Shown one piece after another: positions 21,185 to 29,631 of a stretch of DNA of 32,000 nt (its first letter is position 1; the number at the start of each line of letters is the position of its first letter). The notes below the pieces were generated by a model. That model was not told the DNA's origin. It searched no databases and saw nothing but the letters and a program-made list of their open reading frames with translations. The stretch lies in contig NC_009073.1 in the NCBI RefSeq assembly GCF_000015805.1, positions 1,110,001-1,142,000 on the forward strand, given 5' to 3'. The stretch is from Pyrobaculum calidifontis JCM 11548 (GTDB taxonomy: Archaea; Thermoproteota; Thermoprotei; Thermoproteales; Thermoproteaceae). Position numbers and translations under genes: made by a program.

Positions 21185-22585
21185 GTGGATCTTAGCTTTA
21201 TAAAGAGGCTGGAGGAGGTTGTGGGGAGAGGAGGCGTCTTATATCGTGAGGTCGATTTGTTGGTGTACGAATCAGACGGAACCCTGGCGCTTAGGGGGCG
21301 GGCAGACGCCGTGGTGTTTCCACGTAGCGTGGAGGAGATGGCCAAGGTGGTGGAGCTGGCGTACAGCCATGGGGTCCCCATCGTGGGCCGCGGCTCTGGG
21401 ACGAGTCTAAGCGGCGGAGCCGTGGCGGCAAAGGGCGGCATCGTGATAAGCACGGCGCGTATGAACAAGATCATAGAGGTGGACTTGGCCAACGAGGTGG
21501 CTGTCGTGCAAGCCGGCGTGATAAACGACTGGATAAACGCCTACCTCTCCCGCCTGGGCTACCAATACCCAGTAGACCTCGGCTACCAGTACATGGCCGA
21601 CCCGGGGTCCCAGAGGGTGTCCACCATAGGGGGCAACATAGCCCACAACTCCGGAGGCGTCAAGTGTTTTAAATACGGCGTAACTGTGAACCAGCTGAGG
21701 GGCCTCACCGTCGTTATCCCGCCGGGCGAGGTGAGGAGAATCGGCGGCAAAGAGTTCGAGCAGCCTGGATACGACCTAATAGGCCTAGTGGCGGGCTCCG
21801 AGGGCACTCTGGCCCTAGTGGCAGAGGCCGTGGTGAGGATAACCCCCCTCTACGAGGCCACGCTCACAATACTGGCATCGTTCAAAGACCTCTACACCGC
21901 GGGCAGAGCAGTTTCCGCCGTCATAGCCTCAGGCGCCATGCCAGTGGCGATGGAGCTCATGGACAAGCTCGCCGTGGAGGCGGTGGAGTCTGGGCCATAC
22001 GCCGCCGGGCTCCCCAGAGACGCCGAGGCCGTCCTCCTCATACAGGTAGAAGGCTCGCCCCCAGGCGCGGCGGCTGAGGCGGACAAGGTGGCCAAAGTCC
22101 TCAGAGAGGCCGGGGCCGCCCAAGTAGAAATCGTAGACGACCCCAACAAGGCGGCGCGGCTTTGGGCCGCGCGTAAGCAGGCGTTCGGCGCCATGGGATT
22201 TGTGGGGCCTAACTACGTCGTGGAAGACGGCACTATTCCCAGGAAGCGCCTGGCCGAGGCCTTGGCCATTGCCAGAAGCGCCGCGGCGAAGAGGGGCCTC
22301 CGCGTGGCCAACGTGTTCCACGCCGGCGACGGGAACTTGCACCCCCTCATCCTCTACGACGAGAGAAAGCCCGGGGAGAGGGAGAAGGCGATAGAGGCGG
22401 GAGAAGAGATCTTAGAGGCATGCGTAGAGCTCGGCGGCACCATCACCGGGGAGCACGGCGTGGGCTACATGAAAAAGAGACTTTTGGCGAAGATGTACGG
22501 CGAGGCTGAGATAGGCATCATGAAGGCCATAAAGGCGTCCTTTGACCCAAAGGGCCTCCTAAACCCGGGCAAGATATTCCCATGA
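21185..22585 (+). CDS. glcD: Glycolate oxidase subunit GlcD (FAD-linked oxidase)
   Basis: 466 aa. VVFPRSVEEMAKVV..PIVGRGSGTSLSGG, GGTITGEHGVGYMKK and DPKGLLNPGKIF. It is the first gene of an ATGA-linked D-E-F trio. Confidence 0.85.
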   Translation: MDLSFIKRLEEVVGRGGVLYREVDLLVYESDGTLALRGRADAVVFPRSVEEMAKVVELAYSHGVPIVGRGSGTSLSGGAVAAKGGIVISTARMNKIIEVDLANEVAVVQAGVINDWINAYLSRLGYQYPVDLGYQYMADPGSQRVSTIGGNIAHNSGGVKCFKYGVTVNQLRGLTVVIPPGEVRRIGGKEFEQPGYDLIGLVAGSEGTLALVAEAVVRITPLYEATLTILASFKDLYTAGRAVSAVIASGAMPVAMELMDKLAVEAVESGPYAAGLPRDAEAVLLIQVEGSPPGAAAEADKVAKVLREAGAAQVEIVDDPNKAARLWAARKQAFGAMGFVGPNYVVEDGTIPRKRLAEALAIARSAAAKRGLRVANVFHAGDGNLHPLILYDERKPGEREKAIEAGEEILEACVELGGTITGEHGVGYMKKRLLAKMYGEAEIGIMKAIKASFDPKGLLNPGKIFP

Positions 22586-23556
22586 GGCCCAAGTCCGTGG
22601 AGGAGCTCGTCGGCGCCGTGGCCGAGGCAAATAGGCTGAGGATAAGGCTCTTCCCCACTTGCCTAGGCTCCAAGGCCGGGATGGGCCCCCCGGCGGCCTA
22701 CGACGAATTGCTCGAGCTTACGTCAATGCCTAAGGTTGTCGAAGTGGACGAGGAGGAGATGGTAGTCAAAGTCTCCGCCTGCTACCCAGCGGCCTCTCTC
22801 CAAGAGGAGCTCGCGAGGAGGGGGAGGAGGCTCGCGATGGACCCACCTCTCTTCACCAGGTCCTCCATAGGCGGCATAATAGCCACAAACTTCTACGGGC
22901 CCATGGCGTATCGCTACATGACGCCCAGAGACCAACTGTTGAGCGTCCGGGCGGTGACTGGGGGCGGGCAGTTGGTTAAATTCGGGGCTCCGGTGATGAA
23001 AGACGTGGCGGGGTACAACCTGAAGCGCCTGTTAGCAGGCTCGTGGGGCACCCTCGCCGTAATAGTTGAAGCATTCCTAAGGATATACGCCCTGCCGGAA
23101 TCCGTCGCCGTGGTGGAGACAGACCCCAAGCCCCTCGGCGATGTGCGCAAGCTACTCTCAACGGCGGCGCTAGAGAAGAATGGAAAGCTCTACCTGAGGT
23201 TCGAGGGAACAGCGGCTGAGGTGGAGTACCGCGTCGCGAAGGCGGGCAGAGGCGAGGTTTACTATGGCGCAGACGCAGAGGCCCTTTGGCAAAGCGCCAC
23301 GGAGGCCATAGACGTCTTCTCCTCAGACGTTGTGTACAAGGTGGTGGCGCCCCCAGCCCAGTTGCCCCCGCCGCCGAGCGGTGCTAGGTATGTGAAATAC
23401 CCACTGCTGGGCGTAATGTACGTGGGCGGGGAGGCGGGGGCTGGCTATAGGCTCAAGCCTCCTCAAAAGTGGCAACTCCCTAACGCAGACCTCATGGCCA
23501 GAATAAAGCAGGTATTTGACCCAAACGGAGTACTTGCACCCGGGCGGCTTCCATGA
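22582..23556 (+). CDS. glcE: Glycolate oxidase FAD-binding subunit GlcE-like
   Basis: 324 aa. PCMH-type FAD-binding domain (SIGGIIATN..., KDVAGYNLKRLLAGSWGTLAVIVEA) and DPNGVLAPGRL at the C-terminus. ATGA overlaps on both sides. Confidence 0.8.
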   Translation: MRPKSVEELVGAVAEANRLRIRLFPTCLGSKAGMGPPAAYDELLELTSMPKVVEVDEEEMVVKVSACYPAASLQEELARRGRRLAMDPPLFTRSSIGGIIATNFYGPMAYRYMTPRDQLLSVRAVTGGGQLVKFGAPVMKDVAGYNLKRLLAGSWGTLAVIVEAFLRIYALPESVAVVETDPKPLGDVRKLLSTAALEKNGKLYLRFEGTAAEVEYRVAKAGRGEVYYGADAEALWQSATEAIDVFSSDVVYKVVAPPAQLPPPPSGARYVKYPLLGVMYVGGEAGAGYRLKPPQKWQLPNADLMARIKQVFDPNGVLAPGRLP

Positions 23557-24710
23557 CGGCGGCATACGACGAGGTGTATAAGTGCGTCCACTGCGGCTTC
23601 TGCCTCCCCACGTGTCCCACATACCTCGCCACAGGCGTGGAGGGGATGAGCCCCCGCGGCAGGCTGTACCTCATCAGAGCGGTGCTAGAAGGCCGGGCAA
23701 GGCCCACCAAAGACCTCCTCGAATACCTAGACGCATGCGTCTACTGCCTCCGTTGCGAAACCGCCTGCCCCTCCGGAGTGAAATACGGCGCGGTGTATGA
23801 ACAATTCTTCAAAGAGCATAGGAAAGAGCTCCAGTCCATCACCTACAGCCGCTACCTGCCCCTCTTCAACGCCCTAAACACGGGCCCCGGCCTCGCCTTG
23901 GCCCGCGTGGGTGGCAGCCTTGTGAAAGAGCTCGGGGCCCTGGTCGCTGGCAGGGACGTGAGAATGTATGTGGGGAAGGAGTTTAAGGCCAAGGGGGAGA
24001 GAGTCGGCAGAGTAGCCCTCTTCGTTGCCCCAGACTGTGTGGCGTGGCGCTACAAGGGGAAGATGGTGGAGGCCGCCATCCGTGTCTTGACGTGGAACGG
24101 CTATGACGTGGTGGTGCCGCGCTTCCGTTGTTGCGGTGCGCCTTATAGACACAGCGGCCAGTTTGAAAAAAGCGAAGAGCTGGCCAAGTATAACAAGGCT
24201 GTGGTGGGACAACTTGGCCGCATAGACTACGTCGTAGTTGCAAATTCTGGAGGTTGCCAAGCCGAATTAATGAGGTACTTTGACAACGTTGTCGACGTGT
24301 TTCAGCTGTTGGCCAAGAACGGCGTGAGGGAGAGACTGGGGCCTGTTAAACTTAGACTGGCGCTGCAACACAGTTGTCATCTCATGAACGTGGCCAAGGC
24401 CCATACGCACATTGTTGCTCTACTGTCAAAAGTGCCGGAGCTTAAAGTCGTCCCCTTGCCAAGCGCCGACGTCTGTTGCGGAGGTGGCGCACTCTACCCC
24501 ATGCGCCATAGAGATATTGCAAATAAGATCCTAGAAGTAAAAAGGCGTGAAGTCTTCGAGATAAAACCCGATGGAATATTAGTGGAAAGTCCTGCGTGTT
24601 TGCAACAATTGTCGAAGCTAGGCGTGCCCGTCTACACCCCTATTGAAATTTTAGATTTATCATATAAGAATGCAAATAATTTAAAATATCTTGATTTAGA
24701 AATTGGTTAA
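23553..24710 (+). CDS. glcF: Glycolate oxidase iron-sulfur subunit GlcF-like (2x[4Fe-4S] plus two CCG domains)
   Basis: CVHCGFCLPTCPTY and CVYCLRCETACPSG, then Cys-rich CCG repeats (RCCGAPY; CCGGGALYP). Confidence 0.85.
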   Translation: MTAAYDEVYKCVHCGFCLPTCPTYLATGVEGMSPRGRLYLIRAVLEGRARPTKDLLEYLDACVYCLRCETACPSGVKYGAVYEQFFKEHRKELQSITYSRYLPLFNALNTGPGLALARVGGSLVKELGALVAGRDVRMYVGKEFKAKGERVGRVALFVAPDCVAWRYKGKMVEAAIRVLTWNGYDVVVPRFRCCGAPYRHSGQFEKSEELAKYNKAVVGQLGRIDYVVVANSGGCQAELMRYFDNVVDVFQLLAKNGVRERLGPVKLRLALQHSCHLMNVAKAHTHIVALLSKVPELKVVPLPSADVCCGGGALYPMRHRDIANKILEVKRREVFEIKPDGILVESPACLQQLSKLGVPVYTPIEILDLSYKNANNLKYLDLEIG

Positions 24711-24735
24711 TGAAACATAAATATATTCTATATAT

Positions 24736-24747
24736 CGTTAATTAACG
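24736..24747. promoter_or_regulatory. Perfect 12-bp palindrome CGTTAATTAACG upstream of the permease TATA box
   Basis: Self-complementary by inspection. It lies 10 nt upstream of TTTATAAA at 24757-24764. Confidence 0.4.
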
Positions 24748-24756
24748 AATAAATAT

Positions 24757-24764
24757 TTATAAAG
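24757..24764 (+). promoter_or_regulatory. TATA box of the AT-rich permease gene
   Basis: TTTATAAA begins 26 nt upstream of ATG 24783. Confidence 0.5.
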
Positions 24765-24782
24765 GTATAAAAGTTTCCATAT

Positions 24783-26237
24783 ATGACTGAAACAACTAAG
24801 TTAGGTAAGTTACCTATTGAAGTTGTTGATAAAATTCCGACGCCCGAAGAAGTTTTTAACGTAAAGAAAATTGGAGTAAAAGAGAGGATTTTGTTACTAT
24901 ATGGGTCGGCGCTTATAGCTCTTGGTGTTTCAATAGGAAGCGGTGAATTCTTACTGGGCCCCTCCCTGTCTATAAAATTAGGGCTTGTATTAGCGTGGCT
25001 TGTGCCTATTGGAGCTTTTCTACAAACAATATACATATATAGTTATACAAAATTCACTATAGCTACAGGTGAAACACCTGTGACAATGTTCTTCAGAATT
25101 GGTATATGGGCAGGCTGGTTGGGAGCACTTGGTGTCTTAATTGGGAATATCTGGGGTGGTTGGGCCTACTCTGCCGCAGCAGCATTGGCAGGAGGCTTTC
25201 TAGGCAGACAGCCAACCCCCGAAGATCGCATGTTTGTCGGAATCGCCGGCTTCTCTCTATTACTTCTCGCGTTTGTGATTCTCTCCCTAGGACGGAGAGT
25301 TGCAAGAACTCTTGAAATATTTAATTGGTTTGACCTAGGTGTAGTTTTTACTTCGTTTATAATTCTTGCAATAATTTTAGTTCCGCCCTCTATATGGGGT
25401 GAGCTAGGTAGCGGCCTAGTTTCATTTACCATACCTCAAGGAATTGACCCTATTCTCTTAGCGGGTTGGTGGGGGTACATCGGATTACTCACAGGGCTAA
25501 ATTATGTGGCGGTCAGCTGGTTTAAAGACAAAGGCCATGGCATGGGATCGCTTACGGGCTACATATCGGCGCTGATTGGCGGTAAGAAAATAGAAGTTAG
25601 TACATTTGGAAAAATATTTAGACTCACACCCGAGAATATAAAGATATTTAAAAGATGGTGCAATCTAGCATTAGAAGAATTATTTGTGATATTCTTTTTG
25701 GGCGCCATTGTTGGCATGCTTATACCTATGACTCTGGCATATGCGATTGCCAGAGGTCTTGGATTAGAAATTCTTTGGGGAATTCCGTTGTGGCTAGCCT
25801 TAGCGCTAGGCAAGTTATGGGGACCCGCCGGGTATTGGTGGGGCGTGGTAGTGGCTGTGTTTGTTTTATTTAAGACGCAACTTGGAATAGTAGATGCTAT
25901 AGTTAGAAATGTGGCAGACGCCGCTTGGAAGTCGGAAGGCGTTAGGAAGTTCTTTAGAAACGACATAAGATATCTCTACTACTTGTTAGTGGCTATCATC
26001 TTGGCTTGGGCTTCTGTGGCGTTTTTCGCAACGGCACCAGTAACACTGATTCTTATATCGTCTAACATGGCAAACGCCGCAGCTCTATACGGAGTACCGT
26101 TTTTACTGTATCTAAATTATAAGATGCCTAAGGAGCTAAGGTTACACTGGGGGCTAATAGTGCTAAATATCATATTCATGATTATATGTGCAATCTTTTT
26201 GACATTCTCAGTGGGAAGAGCGCTGGGAGTTCTATAA
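24783..26237 (+). CDS. Multi-pass permease, distantly Nramp/APC-fold-like, lacking Nramp metal-site motifs
   Basis: 484 aa, about 11-12 TM. The N-terminal TM1 segment ALGVSIGSGEFLLGPS resembles the unwound TM1 of COG1914-type proteins, but has GSGE in place of DPGN and no MPH motif. Line 24841-24900 is 20/60 GC. Confidence 0.55.
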   Translation: MTETTKLGKLPIEVVDKIPTPEEVFNVKKIGVKERILLLYGSALIALGVSIGSGEFLLGPSLSIKLGLVLAWLVPIGAFLQTIYIYSYTKFTIATGETPVTMFFRIGIWAGWLGALGVLIGNIWGGWAYSAAAALAGGFLGRQPTPEDRMFVGIAGFSLLLLAFVILSLGRRVARTLEIFNWFDLGVVFTSFIILAIILVPPSIWGELGSGLVSFTIPQGIDPILLAGWWGYIGLLTGLNYVAVSWFKDKGHGMGSLTGYISALIGGKKIEVSTFGKIFRLTPENIKIFKRWCNLALEELFVIFFLGAIVGMLIPMTLAYAIARGLGLEILWGIPLWLALALGKLWGPAGYWWGVVVAVFVLFKTQLGIVDAIVRNVADAAWKSEGVRKFFRNDIRYLYYLLVAIILAWASVAFFATAPVTLILISSNMANAAALYGVPFLLYLNYKMPKELRLHWGLIVLNIIFMIICAIFLTFSVGRALGVL

Positions 26238-26246
26238 GAAGAAAAA

Positions 26247-26252
26247 TTTAAA
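26247..26252 (+). promoter_or_regulatory. TATA box of malate synthase operon
   Basis: TTTAAA begins 29 nt upstream of ATG 26276. Confidence 0.45.
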
Positions 26253-26258
26253 TACACA

Positions 26259-26265
26259 TTTTTTT
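26259..26265 (+). terminator. T7 tract after the permease gene
   Basis: TTTTTTT lies 22 nt after the TAA stop at 26235-26237. It is flanked by AATAC (26251-26255) and GTATT (26266-26270), which can pair. The tract sits between the aceB TATA and the aceB start. Confidence 0.35.
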
Positions 26266-26275
26266 GTATTCTATA

Positions 26276-28717
26276 ATGATAGAAATAAACCCTAAGGTAC
26301 TTCACTTATACCGAGATCTCTTCGGCGAGAAGGTTGTTAATGGGCGGAGAGTGGTCGTGGAACAACTTATTGAGGACTTGACCAGGGAGTTTCGGGCTGA
26401 GATAGATAGAGTCATCAGGGCGAGGCGGGAGTGGCTTGAGAGGAGGGAGCCCGTGAGAGTCAAGGCGGCGTTTCCCAAGTGGGACGACAAGTTTGTAGAC
26501 GCGGATGGGAACGTCCGCACGTTTAGGGAAATTGTGCAGGGGCTTATCGACAACTTCCTCGGCAGAGACACGCCTCTGCGGTGGGGGCTGAACTGGAACA
26601 CGCCCGTGCCAGACGACTTGCACCCGTTGAAGAACCCGGGGCTGGAGATCACTGGGCCTTGGTTCCCCATGTCCCGCGCCATTCACCAAATCAACGCAGA
26701 CGTGGCATCCATGATGGAGGACGAGGAGGACGCCTCGCCTGCCTGGTACGTGCCCTGGGGCTCTGGGAGAGAAGTGGCGCCTGTCTGGGAAGCGCGGCGG
26801 ATAGTGAAACGGGTCTTGTCGGGGGATGTGCCAGACCCCTACTACGAGGGGGGCAAGGTGTACCGTATACAAAAGCCCAGGGAGAGGTGGCCCACTCTCA
26901 TACACAGGGTGCCGGGCCTCCACATCCTCGACTTCGACGTGAGAGTGGACGGGAGGCCCGTCCCGGCCATAATCACCTCCATCGTGATCTACACCGTCAA
27001 CAACTACGACGCGCTGAAGAGGGCCGGCTCGGGGGTGTACTTCTATGTGCCCAAGGTGCAGACGCCCGAGGAGGCCCTCGTGGTGGAGAAGATCTTGCGG
27101 CGGGTGGAGGACGCGCTGGGGCTTAGGCGGGGCGAGTTGAAGATAGCCATGTTGTACGAGGAGGCCAGGGCGGGCTTGTACCTCCCCGTCATCTTCTGGA
27201 TTTGGAGAGAGAGGCTTGTCAAGTCTAACAACGGGAGGTGGGACTACTTGGGCTCGTTGATTGAGATGTGGAAAGACGAGGCGGTTTACCCAGACCCGCA
27301 GAACATTACGATGACTCACCCCATAATGATGGCGTACCAGAAGTACAACGCGTTGATGTGCCTAATGGCTGGGCTTGGGAGAGATGGGAGACTGAACGCC
27401 GCGCCGGTTGGGGGCATGGCCGCGGTGATGCTCTACCGCCCCGACGACCCGTACCAGCGCCATAGGTACAACGCCAGGGCGCTGAGGGCCATATGGCTAG
27501 ACAAGCTCAGGGAGAGGCTAATAGGACTAATCTTCGTGACTGAGGAGCCCGTGAAGAAGGTGAAGCTCAGGGAGATCCTGGAGGGGAAAGTTAGGGGGAG
27601 ACTGTACGACTTGTTTAGGCAGAGCTGGGTGGCCACGCCGGAGGAGGCGTACGTGAGGGCGGGCAACGAGCCGCTTAGAGCGAGGCTGGAGGAGTTGGAG
27701 AAGTTGATCAACCGCCCCGTCAAATACGTGGAGGTGGACGGGGTTAAGATACCGGCGGTGGACAGCGGCCTCACGGAGCAAGAGAGGCAACTCTTCATAA
27801 GGCTAGGCCTAATAGACGAGGCGGGGAACATCACGCCGTGGGTCATAAGGCCGGACATGGTGGACACCCCGGAGAAGCTGCTCATAAACCCGGAGCTGTG
27901 GGGGGGCGCCGACCTCTGGACCGCGCTCTACCAGCCGCCGAAGGGCGACATCACGGCGGAGCACATACAACACGCCTTCTACATGGCCGCCAACTACGGC
28001 TTCCAACTCCTCAACGGCAATCTGGCCGCGGCCATCGACGACTACGAGCTGGGCCAGCGCTTCATGAACGACTTAGCCACCTACCGCATATTCTCCACCT
28101 GGCTCTGGACGCTACTGCGCCACAAGGCCCCCATTACGAAGGACGGGGCGTTTAAGGGGCCCGCCAAGACGGCGCTCGGGGTCATCCCAGCCGAAGACAG
28201 GGTCAAGGTGGCGGCCGGCACCCCCTTCACCGAGGAGCTCTTCGACAAGCTCTGGGAGTTGCACATGGAGTGGACTTGGGCGTTTTACGACGACTTGGAC
28301 AGAATAGCGTCGGAGAGGATACTCCACAAGTTTGTAAACGCCGTGAAGGAGGCCGTACGCGACGCCTATGCGGCTGGCCCGTTTAGGCGCGTGAAGCCGG
28401 GCGACGCGGCGAGGCGGGTCCTCTCTGCCATAAGGGCTGAGGAGGTGGAGAAGGCCGTCGTCGAAAATGCGCCGCGCTTCGACAGGGCCTTCGCGCCCGT
28501 CATAATGGAGATACTACGCGCGAAGCTTAAGTCGCCCATGTACCTCCAACACGGCGGCAGACTCATCATGGCCCTAGCCCCCCTACCGGACGAGGTTAGA
28601 GACGCGGCGCTCAAGGCGGTCTTCATGCCCAGGGAAGAGGTGGAGAGGCTAGTGGCCTCTGGCAGACTCGGCAAAGAGGTGTTGGAGATATACGACTACG
28701 TCCACGACATAAGATGA
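26276..28717 (+). CDS. aceB: Malate synthase, large archaeal type
   Basis: The ORF runs from TTG 26264; ATG 26276 (MIEINPKV) fits the TATA spacing. Malate synthase motifs are GLEITGP, MMEDEEDA, YFYVPKVQTPEEA, KIAMLYEEARAG and NGRWDYLGSLI. The size (about 813 aa) matches the large crenarchaeal enzyme. Confidence 0.8.
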   Translation: MIEINPKVLHLYRDLFGEKVVNGRRVVVEQLIEDLTREFRAEIDRVIRARREWLERREPVRVKAAFPKWDDKFVDADGNVRTFREIVQGLIDNFLGRDTPLRWGLNWNTPVPDDLHPLKNPGLEITGPWFPMSRAIHQINADVASMMEDEEDASPAWYVPWGSGREVAPVWEARRIVKRVLSGDVPDPYYEGGKVYRIQKPRERWPTLIHRVPGLHILDFDVRVDGRPVPAIITSIVIYTVNNYDALKRAGSGVYFYVPKVQTPEEALVVEKILRRVEDALGLRRGELKIAMLYEEARAGLYLPVIFWIWRERLVKSNNGRWDYLGSLIEMWKDEAVYPDPQNITMTHPIMMAYQKYNALMCLMAGLGRDGRLNAAPVGGMAAVMLYRPDDPYQRHRYNARALRAIWLDKLRERLIGLIFVTEEPVKKVKLREILEGKVRGRLYDLFRQSWVATPEEAYVRAGNEPLRARLEELEKLINRPVKYVEVDGVKIPAVDSGLTEQERQLFIRLGLIDEAGNITPWVIRPDMVDTPEKLLINPELWGGADLWTALYQPPKGDITAEHIQHAFYMAANYGFQLLNGNLAAAIDDYELGQRFMNDLATYRIFSTWLWTLLRHKAPITKDGAFKGPAKTALGVIPAEDRVKVAAGTPFTEELFDKLWELHMEWTWAFYDDLDRIASERILHKFVNAVKEAVRDAYAAGPFRRVKPGDAARRVLSAIRAEEVEKAVVENAPRFDRAFAPVIMEILRAKLKSPMYLQHGGRLIMALAPLPDEVRDAALKAVFMPREEVERLVASGRLGKEVLEIYDYVHDIR

Positions 28718-29631
28718 TTGAGTGGCTCTCTGCCCTCAGAGACCTCCTAGTGGACAACCTAGAGCGATCCCACCTCCCCCTCCCGGTGGACCCTGGGGTT
28801 TGCAAGAAGTGGAGGGAGGGGCTGTCCTTCGGCGGGAGGGAGAGGGTGTTGTACACCTCCTGCATGTACCAAATGGCGCCGCTTATTCACAAGGCCGTGG
28901 AGCTTTTGGAGAAGTACGGCGCCCACCGGGGCGGGCTGAGGACCCGCGTGGCGAGCCTGGGCGCCAGGTTACTCGGAGGCATCTTGCTGAAGCCCAGCGA
29001 GGAGGAGGAGCGGCGCGCCGCGGCCATACTCCGCTCCATTTACTCCCTCTTGAAGAAACACGGCGTGGAGTTCGGCGTGTTGGAGGAGGAGCCCTACTCA
29101 GGCGCCTTGTTGTACGAGCTGGGCTTTGTAGACGACTTCGCCGAATATGCCAAGAAGGTATACAAGCGGTTTAAGGAGGAGGGGGTGAGGGAGGTGATAA
29201 CGGTGGACCCCCACACTCAGCACATTTTGGAGAAGGTCTACCCGCAGTTCGTGGAGGGGTTCGACATCTCTGTGAGAAGCTACCTCGACTTCTTAGACTC
29301 CTCCAAGGTCAAGGTGAAGATCAGCGGCTTTACAATACACGACTCGTGTCTCTACGCCCGGTACCTAGGCCGCTACGACACGGTAAGAAAGCTACTGGCC
29401 GCTGGGAGGCCTGTGGAAGACCCGTTTATAACTGGGAGAGAGACCTCGGGCTGTTGTGGAGGGCCCGCGGAGTCCATAATGCCAGAGCTCACGAGGAAAA
29501 TCGCCATGGACAGGGCGGCCAAGCTCTCAAAGCTTTCTCGCACCGCCGTGGTGGCTTGCCCAATATGTTTCGTAAACCTCTCCCGCACTGGGGCAATTGA
29601 GGTGAGAGACATGGCCGAGGTGTTGGAATGA
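28714..29631 (+). CDS. lutA: LutA-like (Fe-S) oxidoreductase with CCG cysteine-rich domains
   Basis: ATGA overlap with aceB. VLYTSCMYQM..., ITVDPHTQHIL, IHDSCLYARYLG, SGCCGGPA and VVACPICFVNL. Confidence 0.7.
   Translation: MIEWLSALRDLLVDNLERSHLPLPVDPGVCKKWREGLSFGGRERVLYTSCMYQMAPLIHKAVELLEKYGAHRGGLRTRVASLGARLLGGILLKPSEEEERRAAAILRSIYSLLKKHGVEFGVLEEEPYSGALLYELGFVDDFAEYAKKVYKRFKEEGVREVITVDPHTQHILEKVYPQFVEGFDISVRSYLDFLDSSKVKVKISGFTIHDSCLYARYLGRYDTVRKLLAAGRPVEDPFITGRETSGCCGGPAESIMPELTRKIAMDRAAKLSKLSRTAVVACPICFVNLSRTGAIEVRDMAEVLE

Noticed and set aside
21176-21190. GGCGTTGTAGTGGAT at the glcD promoter, nearly identical to the trpD leader GGCGTTTGTAGTG
   Set aside because: It is not rejected as a pattern. 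It is the reason I do not call the GGYGT/GTTTGTAG element a tryptophan-specific operator, since it also occurs at a non-trp promoter with different TATA spacing (17 nt).
26306-27319. 337-aa minus-strand ORF antisense to malate synthase
   Set aside because: Pro/Arg/His/Val-rich with no motifs, lying opposite a gene with clear malate synthase signatures.
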